Translations under genes and position numbers: made by a program | Origin: Epiperipatus broadwayi | Lineage: Eukaryota > Animalia > Onychophora | Length of the DNA stretch: 64,000 bases | NCBI GenBank assembly: GCA_028023455.1 | Contig: JAQFVV010000002.1 | Location: forward strand, 13,578,001-13,642,000 | Direction of reading: 5' to 3' | Notes under the pieces: generated by a model | What the model saw: the letters and a program-made list of their open reading frames with translations, nothing else | What the model was told of the DNA's origin: nothing | Database searches by the model: none | Shown here: positions 13,231-24,066 of the stretch, one piece after another | How positions within the stretch are numbered: the first letter of the stretch is position 1 | Layout of the letters: each line of letters begins with the position of its first letter

Positions 13231-14929
13231 TACAGTGAATCAAAAAAAAATGTAAAATGAACACAATCAGAAAATAATTATCTCTTCCGCAGTTTTGATC
13301 TACCAATCACTTTTAAACCTTTTCGGACATTGGACTGCCTTGAAATTTCTATATTTATTATTAAGCTCCATATTCCATTTATTATTTTGTCAAGCCAAAA
13401 AAATGATGCATGTTTCATTTAATTGAATCACTAATAATATTGTCAGTTATGATTTTTTTTTTTAATATTAAATCCAGGAATGAATATATTTGTATTCATA
13501 ACATATTCCTTAAAAGAATTCAATGCTTCTGTAACACGACAATCTTAAAACTATAAATTAACGATTTTAGTGTTTAATAACTGTTGAAATTTAGATATTT
13601 CCAATCAATGAACATCAATTTTCTTGCAGTATAATTGGAATCAGATCTATTTTTTAATGCAACTACCATTTTAACCTTGAAGCATATTGATGTATGATCT
13701 GTCCAACAATCTGTGCTTATAAATGATTATATAATATGAACTTAACTTCTCTTGTATTATAAATCCTGACTATATTACAATCTATTAAATGCCATTATTT
13801 TGAGTGTGGATGCGTCCATGTTCTTTTATAACAATTTTTCTGTCTTAACAAAGTGTTTGTTGTAGTCAGTCCATATGTAATGCAAAATTAATTAACAGCA
13901 GGCCATTTGAGTTTACTGTACTAATATTATTATTTCAACAACTTCTAGCCAAAATCTCTTAGTACCAATACTTTAATTAAAGTTTTCAAGAAGCAACATT
14001 TGATTTTTTAATGGTATTGCTATAATAATGCTATCTACCAAGAAATAAGTTTTCTTTATCTCAATCTAACATTGGAGCACATGCACTAATAAAATGAATA
14101 CAGCTGCTATTGTGCAAACCAAATCATTGGCATATTTAAGAATTTCAAAAATAGAAGATGCAAATCTAACACCGGTTGATCAACCTTTTCAAAAAAACAT
14201 AAATCATGTGCTTCTTTTATTAAACTTCCCTTTCTCTAGATGATGATTTTCAAAACTATATCAGTTTAAAATCTTGACTGCACTTTAGCAACTAGTGCTG
14301 CCATTCATTCAGGTTCTGAAGAGTTTGTATAGCAAGACTAATGTTCACATATTCCACGTTGCAACATTTAGAAAAAAATTAGATTTATATCATATTTATC
14401 TTTAGTATTACTATTATATCCTGCTTACTACTATTACTGATATTCCTATTTTTAACACTTTTAACAAGTAATCCACCAGGCACAATAACCTAGTCAAACT
14501 ATATGAGAACAAATCATTTTTATAACACATTTTCTAGGTCCCTTTCTTTTTTATGGCAAGCGACAAGATTCCTAAATAGGACTGTCTAAAGATAAAGGAT
14601 AAAGTCTTTGTGAACCGCTTACAAATCCAATTACAAGTGAACTGATTGTCATTGGCTTTCTTACTTCTCAATGGTTTATGCTAAAATAAAAAAGGAATTA
14701 GAATCAGAATTGATGGGCATGGCATTAAAAGGTGGAAATCCCATTGACAAGGTTATTATAGGGAAATGACTGGTTTAAGACTCACAATAATGAGGTATTA
14801 TATTAATTTAAATGATGAAGAAAGATGAAGGGGAGAGGGAGACAGTATCAGAAACATTTCCCAGTCTTTGATGAACCAACATCCCATTCTACAATGCTGC
14901 AAGATGTGTACTTGACTGGACACTGTTTA

Positions 14930-15410
14930 TTTCTTATTCCTCATATATATATAAAACAAATTTCACATATTTTCTTTCCAAATCTTATTTTATTTTTTGG
15001 ACCATTTTTTATTTCAATTTTTTTCCTATGTTGGTAAGGAGTATTCTTTTTTTATATATATTTGTCTTCAATCTTTATATTCTAAATTTTTATTTTTTTA
15101 TAAAAAGTAAAAATTTAGAATGTCAAAGGTTGAAGACAAATTTAAAAGTAAATGAAAAGAATAATCTTTAACAATGATCACATATTAAAAATAATAAAAA
15201 TTTAGAATGTTAAAGGTTGAAGACAAGGATAAAAATAAGTAAAAAGAATAATCCTTGACAATGACCATATAATATAGTCAAAACATAAGAAGAAAAGTGA
15301 AATAAAAAATGATTCATAAAATAAAACAAGATTTGAAAAAGAAGAAGTATGTGAAATTAATCTGTTTTAAATATATATTGAAATTAATGGGTTATATTTG
15401 GAAAGAAAAT
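14930..15410. repeat. AT-rich imperfect fold-back with an internal ~86-bp direct duplication
   Basis: tttgtcttcaatctttatattctaaattttt (15061-15091) pairs with 15109-15141 and again with ~15197-15226; 14961-14994 pairs with 15320-15356. Confidence 0.7.
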
Positions 15411-15479
15411 AGTGGAATACTTATTAGTAATGGTGTAATTAATATAGTATAGATTTTATTCTCATATTTGAAGATCATT

Positions 15480-15900
15480 CCAGTATTTGCCATCTAGGTC
15501 ACCCATCAATAACCTGAGCATAGCAACTGACATAACCCATCTCGCAAACTAATAAATACATTTTTCTTTTCTTTTAGTTTATACTAGTGTATATTCATAA
15601 GTGTTTATATAGAATTCATCTATTATGAATCGAAAACTTGACAACAAATTTCTTCGACAACCATAAGCACCATCTGAATGTCTTATTAAATGAATTATTT
15701 TATCTTTGAACAATACCACCAGAGTTCTTTTAGTTTCTCTTATAAAACTTAACATCTCATTTTTATCCTAATCCTAAATGTGTCATCATCATATGGCACC
15801 AACACTATATTTTAAAAGCTGTTAATTTGTTTTTGTTTTCAATCATCAAAGCTTATTCTAGAAAAGAAACTCAAATATTTTTTACTATGAACTAACTTTA
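15480..15900 (-). mobile_element. LINE apurinic-endonuclease remnant
   Basis: LMGDLDGK resembles the APE (V/I)MGDFNAK motif; otherwise decayed. Confidence 0.35.
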
Positions 15901-18900
15901 CTCTCAAAAACAGTTTCAGTTAAAATTATGTGTTGTGTTTGAAACTTATTTAGAAGTCTAAATACATAATTGCGCAAGTCAGTTTGAATAAAAATAAAAA
16001 GAACACACAGTATATCAATATGAATGGATTAAAATAGCTGCAATGAAACTTAGAAAGATACATGACCAAAAAAATTAATAAAAGATTTGCGGAAATGAAA
16101 TAATTATTAATTACGATACAGATAAATAGCGGAAAATTCAATGATATTTCATCTCTATAAATATGTGATTTGACTTTTTTAATATGATTTGTGCTTATTA
16201 AGCTTTTAAAGGAGTAATAAACTTTTAATATACTGTATATAATTTTGGTCCATTATATATATATGTTCAAGTTTTATTGAATTTTTTCTCTAGCCTATTA
16301 TACTGAATGACTCATCTATTGCAGAAATGTATATTAGAGTGGGCTAGCACATGATTTAAATTGTTAAGATATAATGAATGTTTCAAATCTTTGACTTTTC
16401 TAGACTCCATCACTTCTTTGTTGCCATTTTTAAGATCTTATATTATTCATCTACAATGATTATTGATATTTGGGTTATTTTTTAAAAAATTATCTGCTGC
16501 GTGCAAATTTGAAATTCATTTTAAATTGCTTGGAGTTAAAGGATATGTTGTTCAAGATTATAAACAATATTTCTGCTATATATTTTTGTTTCTGGAAAAC
16601 GATTGGTTAATATTTCATGTTTATAAGGATTTCTGAGAAATTGATCTTGTGAGACAAATTTTCTAATAATCCTGTAATTCCTAATTTTAAAGTTGAGGTA
16701 TTAGAAAGAACTATTTAGAAAGAGACTGTATATTTAACATAAATGCTAAGTTGTTATTTTTATTTCTTAAGCAAGTATTCTAATCCTCTTACACATTTCC
16801 AACTCATTACATTATAATTTTATATTAATTATTGTTCAATAGAATTGTATATATCTGGCATAAGTCTCTTACTTTTCAATTTATTCATGATAGAGAAGGT
16901 TCTGAAATTATTTCATGCAAGTTAAAAAGAATTCCCAAGTTAACTAGAATTGTATCATCTAATATTGGATGTTAACAGATAAGTAATTTTCTTAACTAAA
17001 GGTTATGCAATTTTGATTTTAAATAAAATAAATGTTTTTTTTTTTTTAAGAACAAATTCATCAAGAATAGAGGAAAATATATTTATTTAGAATTAAGATT
17101 TTTTTTTCAAATTTTGTTCCCTTGTTATGAATGTCTAAGAACTGCAGTTGAAGTTTTTTGGCATATTGTCTGTTTAAGTGTTGATTTTAATGTTTAACTT
17201 TTGATAAAGAATTTAAGTTATTTAGAGATTAGTGTAATATTTCTGATATTGTATAAGACTTTGAACTCAAAGAAAATTTTTGATAGATGGAGGGGGAGGG
17301 GCTGGTCTTACCCAAGTTTTAAAAAAAATGTTTAATTGACATAGATGGTTTCAACTCTATTTAAAGGGTATTCATTTAAAAGCAATTATTATACATTAGT
17401 AATACGGCTAAATTCAAGTTATTTATTAAAAAACTTTACAAAATCTGTTTAAAAACTGGGCCTATAATTGTTGTTGGCCTAGATTTATTTAGAATATAAA
17501 CTATCTTCATAACAAAATCAAAGCATTGAAAGTATAAATACTAAGCTTACTAAATTCTTAAGTTTTCAAAACATTCAATTTTTAAAATGCTATGGACATG
17601 ACATGAATTCTTTACTACAAGTTCAGGTTATGTAATTATGAAAGTTAATGTCAATCTATTTTGTAGAGATTAAGAGAAAAAAAAAATTATTTTTCTCCCT
17701 CAAATCAAAAAAAAATGTGGCTTTTGTTTAACTTAATATAAAGTGATGAAAAAATAGCAATAGTTTTATTTAATCAGTATTTGATTGATTTAATTAAGAA
17801 GGAAAAATGCGTAACTGTAATCTTTCTTCTTACCAGTCTGTATATTTCTTAGTATGTAGTTATAAGCATTGAGAATCATTGTATTTAAAAAATGACAGTT
17901 AAGAGAGCTACTATCAAGCGACTCCATATTGCTCAGAATTTGGGGCTGTAGAAAGATGAATTTAAAATGGTACAGAAGGTAAATCTGAAAGCATTCAACA
18001 TTTATCATCTGCTAACTAAGACATAGTATTATACCATCTGTATATAAGGTCAATCTACATGAATATACAAGCAGATGAATATCTAATGTTGATAGAAGAA
18101 CCCACTAGTAATCAATTTATATATGAAGTCTGTTTTATGTACATGTAAAAGCATGGGCAAAAAAATTATTATTGAGAAAAAAGCCATTAATATATATACT
18201 GTGGGTATTATTTAAAACATTAATTTCAGTTTTGAAGAAAATACAAGAAAAATATAGTTATTACCCTAAAAGAAATATTTGTATTAATTTATTTTGAAAA
18301 AAGGTAATTAAAAAAAAAAACTTAGAATAAATTAATAGGTGCTAATGGAAATAGATAGCTAAAAAAGAAAACAAGTTTAGTTTCCCAAGAGGAAATTTTG
18401 AAAAAAGTTAAACATAGATAAAAAGTATATATTTTTTAAATTTTATTATACAAATTTTTCTTGAAATATTGTTGATTGATTTATATTTACCAAAATGTAA
18501 CATAATAGTCCAAATGGTTTTTGCTGTAAGTTTATTTTATATTGAAAGATAAATTGACTTTTGAATTATAAAATAATATGTTCTTATATTTTCTGTAAAC
18601 ATATTATCATGAAAATAATTTAGCCTCTTAATTTAAAAGTAAATTGGAATTAAGAATTGAAGTAGTTGCATATGTTCTATTTATAACCACTGTACCATTT
18701 ATATATCTAAACCACAATTTAAGATTACTACATTTATTGGTCCCCCCCCCCCATCTATTATTTAATATTTGTAAAATAATTGGGGAATGAGATGTAATAA
18801 TCTTATTGTGTTATTGGAGAATATTGATTTTAGAAGTCTCATTTTTATTACTATTATTAATTATTAAAATTATTAATCATTTTGAATTATTCTAGTAAAT

Positions 18901-21667
18901 TTATTTAAGGAATTTGATGTGCATGAATTCAATATAATTCTCTTTAGAATTCACTTATTATCATCATTATATATGACTGTCTTATTTATTATCAGTTCAT
19001 GATATCAAATAGCTCAAAGCTGAGTTATCATCTTAATGACACTAGTACATTTTTATGGTAGTGTATGTGCTTAGTTGTATAGCACTTACGTATATATAAT
19101 TAACATTTATTTTTACATTCATTAAACTTGATGATGATGATGATTATCATCATATTTTATTGTATAGTATTTAAATACGGTTATAAGTGACTGCTAATTA
19201 TTTGGCTTTTGTTTTACTGAATTTTATTGCATTCAATTACAAATGGCTTATCAACATGTATATTATTATGCTGGTCATTACCACCACCACCCCTCTTCTA
19301 AATCTGTTAAAATGTGTATTAGCTTACTTAAGGTTTTAGCAAATATAATCAAACAAAAATTATATTTTTTTTATAACTTGCAAAAAAAATACTAGTGATA
19401 TTTGCTTAGAACATAACTTTCTTATACTATATTTTCTCATTAATCATTGTCTTAGCCTGTATCTCTTGTAGATTTGTATTTACATACTGTATAACAAATA
19501 AATGCCCTCAAAAGAATAATCTTAATTTTTTAGATATTAAATATTATTTTAGCATAACTTGAGATTTATTTAAAATAACATTTTTTAATTTAATCTTGAA
19601 TAAATAAATACTCTCACAGTTTTAAAATAAAATTATTTAACTCTGATCAAAATTATATTAAACTTCTCAATAGAAACCAAAAAAGATAAAAATGTTTTTA
19701 TTGCGGAAAATTGAATTCATTTTTAATTGTCCAACAATAAATGTAATGCAAAACAAATAGAAAAGTTGATTTGTCAACATTAAACATTGAGAATAAAAAT
19801 TTACTGTTTATCCTCACAAAAATTAGTGCAAAATTCTTATTAATTTATCAAGATCTTCAACATTAAAAATATTAATATTAGTATATCATAGAGTACTACT
19901 TTAAAAAATAAATGTAATCAAAAAAATTTTCTATCATAATCCCTTCATCTTTTCTACAGTGCAATAATAGATTATTTCTATCTTCCTTTTGATTATGTAT
20001 TATTAGCATTTATTGGAACAAAAGATAAGAAAATAGGCATAAAATCAGTTTCATATTAACCATCATTGCATTTTATTAACATACTAATTGATTTAATTTT
20101 CTCTTCTCATATATTGTCTGAAGCTTCATGTTCCTTTATTAATCATATTTAATAAGACATAATTGACCAGTAGACCTCTTAAAAGTTATATGCTTATTAT
20201 GAGGAAATTTTTCTATCTCATCAGAAATAATTTGTTACTTGTTGTAATTTTATATATTAAAATCAAATTTTAAATTTTTTTGTTTTCTATTTATTGCAAC
20301 ATTTGCAATCTAATCTCATTATGATGATATTTGTTTTCATTTTCTTACATTTGTAAAAATATTGTAAACATGCTCAATGATACAATTTTTTTATTGTCAT
20401 CTCAAAAGTTGGTTCAGCAGAAAAGCAAGTAATCTCAGTAATAAAAGCACTTAAGAATTTATGGTAGTGCAAGAAGGATATTCAAATGACATTTAACAAG
20501 ATTCGAGTTTTAGAATAAGATATATGTAATTTATCATTTGACAAGTTTGATTAGGAACTATTAGCTATGTAAAATGATTTTTTTTTTATTTATACCAAAC
20601 AAAATACTTTGTGACATCATTTAAAAACAAAAAGTAGGTCATGTGTTTATATATTAATCAATGTAAATATTACCAAGCAATTACTAAAAACTCAACTATA
20701 GGCATAAAACGTAGAGATATTCGGTTACTATGACCTACATCCATTAAGATTGTTTCCATATTAAGAAGAGAATCAGATAAATTGTAATAACTGTACATTG
20801 CTTATATTATTGACTATATCTTTTAGATGAGAAATAATACATTTAGTATTGTGCTCATCTTATTTGATATACCATTTACTTATTTATCAAACTATCCTTG
20901 TAATTACCTCATATATTTTATTCTCTCATGGACTCACAATTAATGAATATAAGTTTAACAAATCTGAGGGCCATAGCTAGAAATAATCTTTTTCACCTAT
21001 TGATTATAATTTTCACTTTATATTGTTATATATATTGAGTTTCTCCTTTTCTCAAATAATCTATAAAGATTTCATTATTTTTTTATCATTTTACTCTTTT
21101 TGTTTTGTTTATGCTTCATAATATTTCAATACTAATATCAATATTGGTTAACAGCAGTATAGGTTGTCAATGACAATTCATTATAGTCATAAGAAAGAGC
21201 AATCATAAATTATTTCTGTAAATTCTTATGAATTATGAGTAATGTAGAAAAATAATACTATTTATTTGAATTTCTAAGAAATCATATCCACTGGTAGCAA
21301 CTTATATATTATATACATGTACAGCAAAAAATTCATAATTATTAAGATAATTCACATAATTAATGTATCTAAATTTCTGCTGTTTAGTGTAAATTCGTCA
21401 AATTCACAAGATATTTTAATTTTTGCTTCACAAAATCTTTTTATTATTTTTTTTCAGTTTCTTTATCAAAATAAGTTCATGCACAAATTTATATTCTTTT
21501 ATATATAAAAATATATGTATATGAGTTTTATATTAAAATTATAAGAAATTACACATAAAAAAGGCAAAACTCACTATACGTATTGGCACACACAGCAAGC
21601 TAGAGTAATCAATGGATTCCAGAAGGCTTGTGCATAAAATCCCCATCTAGCGCCTACTCATCCAATA

Positions 21668-21709
21668 TCCCCAGATTAGTTTCTGGCTTGTGGCCTTCAT
21701 CAGTGAGGA
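21668..21709 (-). ncRNA. Minimal type I hammerhead ribozyme motif (FamA, left arm)
   Basis: UCCUCA-CUGAUGA-A-GGC(CACAA)GCC-A-GAAA-CUAA-UC|UGGGGA: helix I UCCUCA/UGGGGA pairs fully (one GU); core CUGAUGA and GAAA intact; helix II only 3 bp with an A-A mismatch. Confidence 0.65.
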
Positions 21710-22156
21710 GCCTTAGATCTGAGAGCACTGCACCTAGATCTTAGGATCTAATGCAACCCTCTAGCAGCCACCTTTTATCTTCACTTAACTACAAAACTAT
21801 GAGTCCTAAATTGAAAACATCTTAATATTTTTAATCCAAGCTCATTAGCTTATATAGTCATATAGGTCTGAACTCAGTTCAGTACTTATATATGGTGATC
21901 ATGTGGCTTAAAACCAATCCTGCCTAACATGATATTGGTGGCTATGGTTATTAAAGAACCAAAGATATCAAAATGTATTGGTACTGAACTGAGTTCAGAA
22001 CTATATGACTATATAAGCTAATGACCTTGGATTGAAAATATTAAGGTGTTTTCAATTTAGGACTCATAGTTTTGTAGTTAAGTAGAGATAAAAGATGGCT
22101 GCTAGAGGGTTGCATTAGATCCTAAGATCTAGATGCAGTGCTCTCAGATCCAAGGC

Positions 22157-22198
22157 TCCTCACTGATGAAGGCCACAAGCCAGAAACTAATTTGGGGA
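22157..22198 (+). ncRNA. Minimal type I hammerhead ribozyme motif (FamA, right arm; sense to 4E-BP pre-mRNA)
   Basis: tcctca ctgatga aggccacaagcca gaaa ctaatt tgggga; same fold as the left arm, cleavage triplet AUU. Confidence 0.62.
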
Positions 22199-22934
22199 TA
22201 TTGGATGAGTAGGCACTAGATGGGGATTTTATGCACAAGCCTTCTGGCATCCATTGATTACTCTAACTTGCTGTGTGTGGCAATCATATAAATTATTTTA
22301 TAAAAATAAAGCATTACAATAATTAAATTGTTTTATTTAAAAAGATTTTTTTTAAATTCTAGAAAGGACTTTTTTTAGTATATAATTAAGAGAGTTTTGT
22401 TTGCCTGAAGGTTTATGGTGATGGCATTTTAGTAGTATTTATATGTTAGACCATTTCCATCATCTAATATTGAATGTCTTTAGAAAGATTTTAAAGTTTA
22501 TTTAAATTTTCCAATTACACTCAATTGTTAATAATAGCACACTGTATTAAATTAAGTAGTCCAAAGTATAAATACAAATTGTGTTTAGTCATAACATTTA
22601 TGTTTATACATAGCATTTATGTCAAATATATTTTATACAGTAATATGAAATAGCTGATTTCAGTGATAAATATTATTGTCTTAAGATTATTCATAAGTTA
22701 ATATTTACTTAGATTTCTATGTACGTAAAAGAATTCGTAAAATTTGGTGTAAACTTTTTTAAAAATATGTATAACAGATGATCAAATTTTTAATTTAGTT
22801 ACTTTATTGAAAATAATTTAATCATTTTAAAAGATAGTTAAGGCCATAAATGTTTGCTGAAAGAAAAAACATTTGATTTAAAAAGATGGCGGGAGATGGG
22901 GATATTTATTTTGCTATTTCTGTTTGCAAAAAGA

Positions 22935-22943
22935 TGATGCAAT
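22935..22943 (+). promoter_or_regulatory. Candidate C/EBP-ATF4 composite (amino-acid response) element TGATGCAAT in 4E-BP intron 1
   Basis: Exact consensus match inside a CpG-retaining patch (about 22700-23950); a single 9-mer can arise by chance. Confidence 0.35.
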
Positions 22944-24066
22944 ATACATACATACTCTCGATAATGAATTGAGAATATTACAACGCAGTGTTTGAATCCC
23001 CCCCCCCCCCAACCTAATTGTATGAATTTTTTAATAGATTTTATTAACGATCATTAGTTCGAAATTTATTTAAAGAAAAAAAATACAATTTTTGAAATAA
23101 ATACCGCTATTTTTCTATAAAAACTTTTTCTCTCCTATTGTAATTAAATAATCATGTGATTAAAAGTTATTAGAGGTCAATGTCAGTACTTGTTTGTTTG
23201 TTTGTTTGTTTGATAATTTTGTTGTAAATCTGAATTTAGAAAACAATTGAATTTTTTTTTTTTTAGGATATTATTTAGTAAACATTATTAGTGTTGTAAT
23301 TTAAATAAAATTATTTTATAAAAGAGGATTTTACTTTGCCTTTTCTTAATTTGAAGACGTAAATAATTCTTTTCGTAGTTGTTCAACTCATAAATCTTGT
23401 ATGTTTTTTCTTGAATGATACCGATTTAGAACTGGCACAGATAAAGGGGGGTATTAATAATAATAAAGTTAATGCGTAGGGTCATTGAAAGGACAAAAAA
23501 TGAAGTATTGCTTCATTTTTATTTAATCACTGTAGGATATTTTTTCATTAATAAACAAAAAAATAGTTTTTAATATTTTAGTTATTAGCTGGGTGCTTTA
23601 TTAGATAAACGTGGAGTTATAATTACTCAAAGTTTGCAATAGTTTTTCATACTAATATTGTGTGGTTTTTGCATTTAACTTCTGAAAAAAACTTTTCTAT
23701 TAGTATTATTAAACTATGTTCTCAATGTGTATATAATTGGATTGTTTGGGGTTTTTTTTTACAGTATATTTATAATCAATTTTTATTACGTATCGTTATC
23801 TTTTCTATAGTAAAACGTAGATATAATGCCTCCTATTTTCGCGCCTTTTCTCCATTTTTTGTTAATATTCATTGCAAATAGTTATATCATTTCCTTTTAT
23901 CAGTATATCTTTTGTTCTAACGTATTTTTAATATCATAAAATAATAAAATTCCTATTTAAAAAGGAAAGTAATGGTAAAATTAGTTCACTGTAAGGTCAT
24001 ACTGACAAATTTGTTTTTGTTTTTTTTTTTATTAAAAAATCAAAATAGTCTACTATTTAGGTAATT

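Larger units (their letters stand above)
21582..22284. mobile_element. FamA fold-back element: two 304-bp inverted arms, 95-bp spacer
   Basis: Arms 21582-21885 (minus) and 21981-22284 (plus); about 14 mismatches by manual count (~95%). Confidence 0.93.

Noticed and set aside
17834-17945. Minus-strand 112-nt open exon-like segment
   Set aside because: No recognisable product, and its end phase does not fit the 14680 candidate.
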